Source: Candidatus Poribacteria bacterium
GTDB lineage: Bacteria > Poribacteria > WGA-4E > WGA-3G
Direction: 5' to 3'
DNA: 64,000 bases
Assembly: GCA_022825665.1 (NCBI GenBank)
Contig: JAJDWI010000091.1
Coordinates: forward strand, 7,160 to 71,159
Made by a program: the position numbers and the translations under genes. Under the pieces are notes generated by a model, which made no database searches, was not told the DNA's origin, and worked only from the letters and a program-made list of their open reading frames with translations. Positions 1-8,633 of the stretch are shown piece by piece (the first letter of the stretch is position 1; each line of letters opens with the position of its first letter).

Positions 1-1
1 A

Positions 2-943
2 TATCAAGCCGCGGAACTCCAATACGAAGCAGCTGAAAAGCAATTGAACGCAGCCTACAATAAACTCAGTTTAGATGTCAATGAGGCATTCTATCGAGTG
101 CTCATTGCACAAGAATTTGTAGAAGTTGCAAACCAGGGCGTTGAACTTGTAAGAAAACAACTCAAAATAGCAGAATCTTCATTTAATGCTGGATCCACCA
201 CCAATTTTGATGTGCTTCGTGCAAAAGTCCAACTTGCAAATACAGAATCGCAATTAGTTCGGGCAAAGAACGGTGTCATCACCGCAAAAAATGCATTCAA
301 AACATTATTGAATATCCCGCTTTTTGAAAATATCTCAGTAGAAGGCACATTCGAGATACCGGAAGTCAATATCCAACTTGATGAATTGATAGAAACTTCA
401 CTTGAAAATCGACCCGAGATCGCACAATCACGTCTCAATGAACAAGCTGGTGAAAAACAGTTGAGTGTATCTAAAACACGTAACCTTCCTGATCTCTCCT
501 TTTTCTCAAACTATCAAATTTCGCATAACGAAAGACTCACTGAAATGAATCGTATTTGGAGTTTAGGGTTACAAATAAATATACCAATTTTTGATGGGTT
601 TGCATCTCGTGCCGGAGTCAAACAGAGCGAGACTATTCTAAAGCAAATGCAATTAGGTACAAAACAGTCGTTATCTTCTGTTGAATTTGAGGTGCGTAGT
701 GCATACCTCGCCCTACTTGAAGCAAATACATTAATTAATGTCCAACGTGAGACGGTTACTCAGGCAGAAGAAAGCGTTAGAATTGCTACGATCCAATTTG
801 AGAACGGTCTAATAACATCCGTTGAATATACCGATACACAACTTGCACTCATGCAAGCAAAAGTTAATCGACTACAAGCGCAACACGATTATGTCATTAG
901 CCTTGCAAGACTTGAAAAAGCAGTAGGACAGAAAATTCAGTAG
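2..943 (+). CDS. TolC-family outer-membrane efflux channel (5' end lies outside the window)
   Basis: The frame is open back to position 2 (YQAAELQYEAAEKQL precedes the TTG used by the ORF track). It has TolC-like helical repeats (NFDVLRAKVQLANTESQLV; VEYTDTQLALMQAKVNRLQAQHDY). It sits directly upstream of the adaptor and RND pump genes. Confidence 0.8.
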   Translation, partial: YQAAELQYEAAEKQLNAAYNKLSLDVNEAFYRVLIAQEFVEVANQGVELVRKQLKIAESSFNAGSTTNFDVLRAKVQLANTESQLVRAKNGVITAKNAFKTLLNIPLFENISVEGTFEIPEVNIQLDELIETSLENRPEIAQSRLNEQAGEKQLSVSKTRNLPDLSFFSNYQISHNERLTEMNRIWSLGLQINIPIFDGFASRAGVKQSETILKQMQLGTKQSLSSVEFEVRSAYLALLEANTLINVQRETVTQAEESVRIATIQFENGLITSVEYTDTQLALMQAKVNRLQAQHDYVISLARLEKAVGQKIQ

Positions 944-1008
944 ACACAATATTATTGGAAGGTCCTAACCAAAGATAAATTTCTCATGCATTAAGGAGTA
1001 TTTCACAA

Positions 1009-2616
1009 TTGAAAAAGATTTGGATTCCCATTATCATATTAATTGTAGTTGCATTAATTGCAATGTTCCGAATATTGAAACCTGAACAGTCTGGTATTGA
1101 AGCAGAAGTAGATATTGATATTTCAAAACCGGTAGAAATATATAAAGCGAAAAGGGGAGAAATCCGTTCGGAGTTACAACTATCTGGAACAATTGAAGCG
1201 AAATCTCGTGTCAATGTTACACCCAAAATATCAGGTCGTATCATCTCCCTTTCTGTTACTGAAGGTGATAGGGTAAATGAAGGTGATAAGCTTGCCGTTA
1301 TTGAACATGAAGAACTGGACCTTGCTGTTCAACAAGCTAAAGCCACTCTGGAATCTGCTGAAGTTTCTTATTCTCAGGCACAACAATTGGCTGAAATCAA
1401 AATCCAGACACAAGTTACTCAGGCAGCTGCACAACTTAAGGCAGCAGAGGTATCACTACAACAAGTAAAAGAACTCGCTGAACTTAGAACGGTCACACAA
1501 ATAGATCAAGCTGAAGCAGGATTAAAATCACTTATCGCCAATCTGGAAAAGATAAAAAATGGTGCTCGTGATGAAGATCGCAATCAAGCCGAAGCTGGTT
1601 TGAAACAAGCAAAGGCAAATCTACTTAATACTGAAAACAATTTTGCACGAATGGAAAAACTATATATCAATGGTGCAATTAGCAAACAATCACTTGAAAA
1701 CAGTCAAACACAGTTAGATGTTGTAAAAGCCCAACATAAAATCGCTTTTGAACAACTCCAACTCATTGAAAATGGTGCTCGTGATGAGGATATTCAATCA
1801 ATGGAGGCACAAGTTGAACAGGCAAAAGCAGGTCTCAAACTTGCTAAAGCACAAGCATCCACCAAAACATGGGAAAAAGACATCGCTCTTGCACAATCTC
1901 AAGTACAAACAACACAGGCTGGTTTGACATCCGCTCAGGCATTAGTAACAGCAGAAAGTTGGGAAGCAGAAATTACCGCTGCAAAAACCGCTAAAACACA
2001 AGCCAGTATTGCCTTAAAACTTGCTCAGAAAAGATTGAGAGATGCTACAATTACTGCACCAATATCAGGTGTTATCTCACAACGATTTTTAGATTTGGGT
2101 GGAATGGCAATGATAACTGCACCTCTGTTCGAAATAGTAGATATTGATAGTGTCATAACATCTACTGATGTAATTGAAGGACAGCTAACTCAATTATCAT
2201 TGAATCAGGAAGCAACAATAACTATTGATGGAATCCAAACGCCTATGTTGGCATTGTTAACATATATCAGTCCTACATTAAATCCTATGCAGCGTACTGC
2301 TAAAGTTGAATTTCTCATAGAAAATCCGGAAGGCACATTAAAACCGGGCATGTTTGCAAAGGTAACTGTACCAGTTGAAATACACAAAGATACTATATTG
2401 ATTCCCCGTTCATCACTCATAGAAGATGTATTGACGAAAATGCAGAATGTATTCGTTGTAGAATCTGGTATAAGTCAACGTCGTCCAGTAGAGACTGGTC
2501 TATCTCGTGGTGGAGAAGTGGAAATACTAAAGGGTCTTAATGAAGGTGAATCAGTCATTATAGCAGGTCAACACTCACTAAAAGTTGGGGAAAGTGTTAT
2601 GGTTGTAAATCCGTGA
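1009..2616 (+). CDS. Efflux periplasmic adaptor (HlyD/MFP family) with an unusually long coiled-coil hairpin
   Basis: TTG start downstream of AAGGAG, and an N-terminal membrane anchor (IWIPIIILIVVALIAMF). Lipoyl-like half motifs are present (ISGRIISLSVTEGDRVNEGDKLAVIE and ITAPISGVISQRF). A very long Ala/Gln/Glu/Lys coiled coil has an internal NGARDED duplication, followed by a C-terminal beta domain. Confidence 0.8.
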   Translation: MKKIWIPIIILIVVALIAMFRILKPEQSGIEAEVDIDISKPVEIYKAKRGEIRSELQLSGTIEAKSRVNVTPKISGRIISLSVTEGDRVNEGDKLAVIEHEELDLAVQQAKATLESAEVSYSQAQQLAEIKIQTQVTQAAAQLKAAEVSLQQVKELAELRTVTQIDQAEAGLKSLIANLEKIKNGARDEDRNQAEAGLKQAKANLLNTENNFARMEKLYINGAISKQSLENSQTQLDVVKAQHKIAFEQLQLIENGARDEDIQSMEAQVEQAKAGLKLAKAQASTKTWEKDIALAQSQVQTTQAGLTSAQALVTAESWEAEITAAKTAKTQASIALKLAQKRLRDATITAPISGVISQRFLDLGGMAMITAPLFEIVDIDSVITSTDVIEGQLTQLSLNQEATITIDGIQTPMLALLTYISPTLNPMQRTAKVEFLIENPEGTLKPGMFAKVTVPVEIHKDTILIPRSSLIEDVLTKMQNVFVVESGISQRRPVETGLSRGGEVEILKGLNEGESVIIAGQHSLKVGESVMVVNP

Positions 2617-2742
2617 TATAACGGATATACAATATGCCGTTATAAAGTGTAAATGAATCGAATTATGTATTGGGTTGATTGCTTTTGTTAGACATTATGA
2701 AGATTATTTATTAAATCGGTAATTTCTACATTCCCAATATCA

Positions 2743-2767
2743 GTAGGTGCGGTTTCCTAACCGCACC
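2743..2767 (+). repeat. REP-like unit: GTAG head plus GC-rich hairpin
   Basis: GTAG followed by GGTGCGGTT-tcct-AACCGCACC, a perfect 9-bp stem. It is much more GC-rich than its surroundings. A near copy in opposite orientation lies at 27557-27582. Confidence 0.7.
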
Positions 2768-2841
2768 GGACTTTGATATAATATTACCGAATCTATTTTT
2801 TAATCTTCATAATGGCATTCATACCGTTGATTTGAAAATCT

Positions 2842-3016
2842 TGGTTCAGACATAATACATGTTTGAGGTCGCTTTGCTCACACCGACCGACAGGATGTAT
2901 GTAAGAATACGGGCGAGGAGACCTTGCCCGTATGGAATGTCCGAGGCACCAAATGCCATACGCGCATTTGGCGTTGATTTGGCAATGAATTGCACAACTA
3001 CAAACGCATCTCTCCT
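2842..3016. repeat. Composite intergenic repeat (cluster of REP-like hairpins), copy A
   Basis: Blocks TGGTTCAGACA, GAGGTCGCTTTG, GTATGTAAGAATACGG, AATGTCCGA and AATGAATTGCACAACTACAAACGCATCTCTCCTT recur in the same order at 18260-18400. It contains the hairpins GGGCGAGG/CTTGCCCG and CAAATGC/GCATTTG. Confidence 0.7.
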
Positions 3017-3243
3017 TGTAGTATTGTTTTGATAATAAGAGAGTTAAATGATATGATATAAAATTACAATGGTTTAGACAGTTTAAGCTTATATCATGTT
3101 AAATTCTCAAGATTTCTCAATTTTTGTGAATCGTCTGAAGGAACATAGCATGTAGAAAAAGTATGTAAATTGTTAATTTTGTATGTATATTTCACTTTAA
3201 AATTAGTTTATATTACCTTAAAAATGAAGGAGACAAGATCAAG

Positions 3244-4023
3244 ATGCGTAATTTAGTTTTAATTATTGGAATAGTCTGTCTAATGGTAGGTTTACTGCCA
3301 CATCTTAGTTCTGCGAAATTAGATCCTGAAACAGCAGTTGGTGTTTGGTTATTTGATGAAGGTGCTGGTAATAACGTTACGGATTCTTCAGGTAAGGAAA
3401 ATCACGGTGAGATAACTGGTGCTAAGTGGAAAGATGGTAAATTCGGTGATTGTCTTGAGTTTGGTGGTGCCGATTCAGTTTCAATTGATTCAACACCAGA
3501 TTTACAATTGGGTGACGAACATACTATGATGGCTTGGTTTAATGCCTCTGATATAGGGGATTGGAGACAAATCATTGCGAAAAACAATGAATATTTGTTA
3601 CGTATTGATCCACCTCAGGAAGGAAACAAAATGTCATCTTTTGTTCATATTGGTGGTTGGGAACCCAGAGCATCTGCAAATGTACCTGAAAAGGATACCT
3701 GGATTCACTATGCTGCCACCTATGAACGTGCTAAAAATAGTGACCAACTTGTTGTGTATGTTAACGGTGTCCGTGCTGGTTCAAGTACTCGCCCTGGTAA
3801 TCCCGTTGGTAATGCGGATGCCGTCACCATTGGCAGGTGGGGTGGTGGTTCATTCTTCATTGGGTTAATTGATGAAGTTGCTATCTTTAAATCTGTACTC
3901 GTTGAAGAGGATTTGAAATTGATCATGGACCATGGTTTAGATGATGCCCTCGGTGGAGTCGCTTCTGTGGATGCTTCTAACAAATTGGCAACAACTTGGG
4001 GTGCCATCAAAAGGAACAGATAA
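3244..4023 (+). CDS. Secreted LamG/concanavalin-like (Laminin_G_3) domain protein
   Basis: GGAG RBS and a signal peptide (LVLIIGIVCLMVGLLPHLSSA). The pattern LFDEGAGNNVTDSSGKENHGEITGAKWKDGKFGDCLEFGG ... IDEVAIFKSVL is typical of LamG jelly-roll domains. Confidence 0.7.
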   Translation: MRNLVLIIGIVCLMVGLLPHLSSAKLDPETAVGVWLFDEGAGNNVTDSSGKENHGEITGAKWKDGKFGDCLEFGGADSVSIDSTPDLQLGDEHTMMAWFNASDIGDWRQIIAKNNEYLLRIDPPQEGNKMSSFVHIGGWEPRASANVPEKDTWIHYAATYERAKNSDQLVVYVNGVRAGSSTRPGNPVGNADAVTIGRWGGGSFFIGLIDEVAIFKSVLVEEDLKLIMDHGLDDALGGVASVDASNKLATTWGAIKRNR

Positions 4024-4045
4024 AACATTTCAAGACAATAATATA

Positions 4046-4067
4046 GGGCGGATATTGACATCCGCCC
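4046..4067 (+). terminator. Stem-loop after the LamG gene (possible intrinsic terminator)
   Basis: GGGCGGAT-attgac-ATCCGCCC, extendable by flanking ATATA/TATAT. It lies 23 nt after the stop codon. The T tract is weak. Confidence 0.45.
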
Positions 4068-4123
4068 TATATTGAATTGTATTGTAGTAAATTGAATAAA
4101 TATCAAGGAGAAAACTGTCCATT

Positions 4124-7100
4124 ATGTCCATTCCAAAAATGTCTGTGAACAACCCAGTATTGGCAAACATGTTGATGATTCTAATCATTATATTTGGGTT
4201 GTATGCATGGATTACCCTACCACGGGAACTCACACCTGAAATAGCCCTCCAGACTGCTACTGTAACTACACTTTATCCTGGGGCATCTCCAGAAGAGGTA
4301 GAAAAACTAATATCTGCTCCCATAGAAGATGCCATTGATGAAAATGTCAACAAAATCAATTTAATGCTTTCCACATCTTCAGAGGGTAGATCAGTTATTT
4401 CTGTTGATTTTGATGAGATGAACGATAGAGAATTTGATAAAGAGATGGAAAATCTTCGGACAGCGGTTGAGGGGGTAAACGATCTACCGGAGGAGATTTT
4501 AGATGATCCCAAGGTGTTGGAATTGGATGTAGCATCTGGGTTTCCAATGTTGACGATTGTTGTGGGTGGAAGTATTTCAGAGTCTCAGATGCGGGATATC
4601 GCTGAGAATCTGAAGGACGAGATTTTAGAAATCAAGAACATCGCATCAGTACAAATTGCTGGACTTCGTGAAAGAGAAATATGGATTGAGGTGAACCCAG
4701 ACCGCCTGAAAGCATATAATATTCCTATTTCAACTGTTTCTATGGCATTACAAGCTGGTAATTTAAATCTTCCAGCAGGAACCATGGAGATAGGTAACTC
4801 TGAGTTTATGGTGCGAACAATTGGAGAATTTCCGAATCCTGACTATATTGGTGAAACAATTATTGGGATTCAACCATCTGGTACTCCATTACGACTCCGT
4901 GATGTAGCAACAGTTTCAGACACCTATGAGGAAGCACGGACTCTTTCAAGGATTAATGGAGAAGCATCTATCAGTCTAAGTGTACAAAAAAAGAAAGACG
5001 GTAATACAATCTCATTGGTAGCTAAGTTGAGGGATTTGGTAGAACAACGTCAAGGTGACCTTCCAGAGGGTGCTGTTCTTACTCCTGTCAATGATTATTC
5101 TGTTATTTTAAAAGAACGTTTGGGAATACTTGAAACAAATGCAGGTTTTGGACTTATACTTGTTATATTGATGCTGTTCTTATTTATTGGTTGGCGGAAT
5201 GCGTTGTTTGCTGCACTTGGTATTCCAGTAGCGTTTATGGCGACTTTTTGGTTCATGTCTATGGCAGGTTACACACTTAGCGGAGTTGCTCTATTTGGTC
5301 TCATATTAGTTGTTGGAATTGTTGTTGATGATGCAATTGTTGTGATAGAAAACACATACAGACATATTGAAAGGGGTGAGACCCCAAAAAACGCTGCGAT
5401 TAAGGGTGCTGAAGAGGTAGGTTGGCCAGTATTAGCAGCAAGTTTGACGACTATTGGGGCATTTGGTCCATTAATGTTTATGTCTGGTGTATCTGGTCAG
5501 TTTATGCGTATTGTGCCGATTATGGCAATAATTGTTTTGGTTGCATCTCTTTTTGAGGTGTTTGTTATTTTACCTGCCCACGTTTCAGAATGGGGAAAAG
5601 CAAGAACACATACTGGTCGGAGCAGACTTGAAAGGCTTCGAACACGTGCTCCAAGAACATTCACCTTGAGTATCATCTTTACTGGATTTTTTGCTTGGTT
5701 TACAACTGTATTTGACCTTATCCGTAACAGATATGTGAGAATACTGAAATTAACGATTCGAAGACGGTACATCTTTGTGGGTAGTGTTTTATTCATTGGA
5801 TTGATAGTATGTGTTGGTGCCTTTATGCTTCTTGATAAAGAACTCTTCCCAGGTGAAGATTTCCCGCAATTTTATGTCAAAGCTGAAATGCCACCTTCCT
5901 ACGGTATACAAGAGACGACTGCTGTAATTGCACAGCTGGAAGATGCAGCCAAAAAACTACCCAAGGATGAGATTGCCGCAATTGTAAGTAACATCGGTCT
6001 ACACACTCCTACATCAGGTCTAATAGAAGGTATTACTTACGGTTCTAACTTTGGTGAACTAATTATTGAACTTGTTCCGAAGCAAGACAGAACACGGAAT
6101 ACAGATCAAATCATCGCTTCCCTGCGTAAACAGACTACTGAGATTAGTGGGATTGAGAAACTCAATTTCGTGAAATTACAAGGCGGTCCACCACAAGGAC
6201 AAGATGTTGAAGTAAAGGTGAAAGGTGATCGATTTGAAAGGTTGTCGGAAATAGCTGATAGACTTAAGGTGACATTAAGTGAGATAGATGGTGTTGAAGA
6301 TATAAGAGATGATTTCCGTATAGGAAAATCTGAATTACGTATATATCTAAAACCAGAAAAAGCAGCAATTTTCGGAATGTCTACTTTACAAGTATCACAA
6401 ACTGTACGGACTGCAATTGAAGGGGCAAAAGCGACAACCTATCGTGAAGCAGATGAAGCAATTGATGTAATCGTAAAGTATAGTGAGGATCGTCTACAAA
6501 CCATACAAGAACTTGAAGATTTATTGATAACAACTCCTACAGGATCCATTATCCCATTAAAAGATGTTGCTGTGATAGCTGAGGATAAAGGCTATGCGGA
6601 TATCCGACGTTTTGAAGGAGAACGCGCGATTTCTGTGTATGCATCTGTCGATAGAAGTAAGACATCTCCGTTTGCAGTGAACCAAATCTTACTGAATTCA
6701 TTTAAGAATATTGAATCATTATATCCTGGTTATCGTCTTGATTTCAGAGGAGTCTTTGATGAAATTCGTCAATCTTTTGGCGAGCTTTGGAAACTATTTA
6801 TTGTTGGTGTTCTTGTCATTTATGTTATTTTAGGAGCACAATTTAAATCATTTACACAACCGATAATTATCCTATTTGCTGTGCCATTTGGAATGATAGG
6901 TGCGATGGTTGGACTGCTCTTTTCAAATGCAACACTAAGTATGGTTGCGATGTTTGGAATCGTTGCGTTGGCTGGAATCGTTGTTAACGACTCTATTGTG
7001 ATGATTGATTTTATTAATAAAAATCGTGAACGTGGTCATAATAGATGGTATGCAATATTGAAAGGTTGTAGTATTCGTCTACGACCAATTATCTTAACAT

Positions 7101-7351
7101 CATTAACGACAATAATTGGACTTATTCCGATGTCATTAGGATTTGGTGGTAAGTCTCCAATATGGACACCAATGGCAAACACCATCATCTTTGGTTTAGC
7201 TTTTGCTACACTGATGACTCTGTTTGTTATGCCATCCCTGTATGCGATTACTACTGATATTGGTGGACTATTCAAAAAGAGATCAGAGGAACGGGCAGCA
7301 GTTATATCGGATAGTGATTTGTTAGGATCTGCTGTTCCTGCAGATGATTGA
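4124..7351 (+). CDS. RND inner-membrane efflux permease (AcrB/HAE-type)
   Basis: 1075 aa with the 12-TM RND layout. The TM4 motif VVDDAIVVIEN has the Asp-Asp proton-relay pair, and the TM10-11 region IVVNDSIVMIDF is present. Two large periplasmic loops are evident. Confidence 0.9.
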   Translation: MSIPKMSVNNPVLANMLMILIIIFGLYAWITLPRELTPEIALQTATVTTLYPGASPEEVEKLISAPIEDAIDENVNKINLMLSTSSEGRSVISVDFDEMNDREFDKEMENLRTAVEGVNDLPEEILDDPKVLELDVASGFPMLTIVVGGSISESQMRDIAENLKDEILEIKNIASVQIAGLREREIWIEVNPDRLKAYNIPISTVSMALQAGNLNLPAGTMEIGNSEFMVRTIGEFPNPDYIGETIIGIQPSGTPLRLRDVATVSDTYEEARTLSRINGEASISLSVQKKKDGNTISLVAKLRDLVEQRQGDLPEGAVLTPVNDYSVILKERLGILETNAGFGLILVILMLFLFIGWRNALFAALGIPVAFMATFWFMSMAGYTLSGVALFGLILVVGIVVDDAIVVIENTYRHIERGETPKNAAIKGAEEVGWPVLAASLTTIGAFGPLMFMSGVSGQFMRIVPIMAIIVLVASLFEVFVILPAHVSEWGKARTHTGRSRLERLRTRAPRTFTLSIIFTGFFAWFTTVFDLIRNRYVRILKLTIRRRYIFVGSVLFIGLIVCVGAFMLLDKELFPGEDFPQFYVKAEMPPSYGIQETTAVIAQLEDAAKKLPKDEIAAIVSNIGLHTPTSGLIEGITYGSNFGELIIELVPKQDRTRNTDQIIASLRKQTTEISGIEKLNFVKLQGGPPQGQDVEVKVKGDRFERLSEIADRLKVTLSEIDGVEDIRDDFRIGKSELRIYLKPEKAAIFGMSTLQVSQTVRTAIEGAKATTYREADEAIDVIVKYSEDRLQTIQELEDLLITTPTGSIIPLKDVAVIAEDKGYADIRRFEGERAISVYASVDRSKTSPFAVNQILLNSFKNIESLYPGYRLDFRGVFDEIRQSFGELWKLFIVGVLVIYVILGAQFKSFTQPIIILFAVPFGMIGAMVGLLFSNATLSMVAMFGIVALAGIVVNDSIVMIDFINKNRERGHNRWYAILKGCSIRLRPIILTSLTTIIGLIPMSLGFGGKSPIWTPMANTIIFGLAFATLMTLFVMPSLYAITTDIGGLFKKRSEERAAVISDSDLLGSAVPADD

Positions 7352-7371
7352 TTGTGGAAACGGAGTATTAC

Positions 7372-8601
7372 ATGTCTGACAAATTAGCAATTTCTGGTGG
7401 AACTCCTGTTAGGAATACACAGACTCATCCATGGTCACCTTGGCCAATAAATACAACTGAAGATTGGGAATCTAAGGTTGAGCCGTTGCTTCGTGATGTT
7501 TATCTAAGTGGTAATGAAGGTCTTGGCGGAACGATGATTCCACGATTTTGTGAACAGTATGCTGAATATACTGGAACAAACTACGCAATCTTTATGCCAC
7601 ACGGAACCGATTCTATCAGTGCTGCGCTTTCAAGTGCACTTGATTTGGATGGATTCAGTGATGGTGGAGAGGTAATCGTTCCTAACTATACGTTTGTTGC
7701 CACTGCAAGTGCTGTTTTGGATCGCAGATGTACCGTAGTGTTTGTTGATGTCTGTCCAGATACATTCACTATTGACCCTAATGCAGTAGAAGCTGCAATT
7801 ACACCAGAAACAAGGGCAATACTTCCTGTTCATCTCGGTGGACATCCTGCTGATATGATTGCATTACAAGAAATTGCAGAACGGCATCAACTCAAAATAA
7901 TTGAAGACTGCGCGCAAGCACACGGCTCAGAATACCAAACAAAAAAGGTTGGCAATCTCAGTGATGTAGGTGCGTTTAGTTTCCAATCCTCAAAGAATCT
8001 CACCTCTGGAGAAGGAGGTATGGTCACCACGAATGATAAAGACATACATGATCGTGTCTGTGCGTTTATGAATGTAGGTCGCGCTCCGGGAGGTGCAAGA
8101 TGGGAATACCCACGGCTTGGATGGAACTACCGACCTTCTGAATACCTTGCAGCTATATTGTCTGTGAGATTGGAAATGCTTGAAGACCAAACCGACCTCC
8201 GTAATCATAATGCAAACTATCTTTTCAATGCCTTGGAGAACATATCCAGTATCATTCCACCGAAACTGGCACCATGGGTTACAAAACATGGATATCACCT
8301 TTACTGCATGAAGTATGATCCAGATGGTTTTAGTGGTAAAACAAGACAAGAATTTGTCAATGCTTTATCTGCGGAAGGGATCCCGTGTTCAATCGGTTAT
8401 CGTTCTCCTCTATCTCAAGAACCAGGTATGGCACATATTGGAGAAAAATATCCGCATTTGATTAGAGCATTGCCATGTCCAAATACGGAATTAGTTTGCA
8501 ACCAAAGTGTGTGGCTATTTCAGAATCTGCTCCTCGGTTCTGAATCTGATATGGATCATGTGGTTAAAGCAATTACTAAGATTTATCGGGCATGGAAGTA
8601 A
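7372..8601 (+). CDS. DegT/DnrJ/EryC1/StrS-family PLP sugar aminotransferase
   Basis: ATG at 7372 lies 6 nt after GGAG; the TTG at 7348 used by the ORF track overlaps the pump stop. The FSFQSSKNLTSGEGG Lys motif is present, along with IEDCAQAHG and NYRPSE. Confidence 0.8.
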   Translation: MSDKLAISGGTPVRNTQTHPWSPWPINTTEDWESKVEPLLRDVYLSGNEGLGGTMIPRFCEQYAEYTGTNYAIFMPHGTDSISAALSSALDLDGFSDGGEVIVPNYTFVATASAVLDRRCTVVFVDVCPDTFTIDPNAVEAAITPETRAILPVHLGGHPADMIALQEIAERHQLKIIEDCAQAHGSEYQTKKVGNLSDVGAFSFQSSKNLTSGEGGMVTTNDKDIHDRVCAFMNVGRAPGGARWEYPRLGWNYRPSEYLAAILSVRLEMLEDQTDLRNHNANYLFNALENISSIIPPKLAPWVTKHGYHLYCMKYDPDGFSGKTRQEFVNALSAEGIPCSIGYRSPLSQEPGMAHIGEKYPHLIRALPCPNTELVCNQSVWLFQNLLLGSESDMDHVVKAITKIYRAWK

Positions 8602-8633
8602 TCCTCAATTGACCATATATCCAGAAATGACTG

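Noticed and set aside
2617-2644. Hairpin TATAACGG-12 nt-CCGTTATA after the adaptor gene, as a possible terminator
   Set aside because: The stem is AT-rich, the loop is large and no T tract follows. It is too weak to call.
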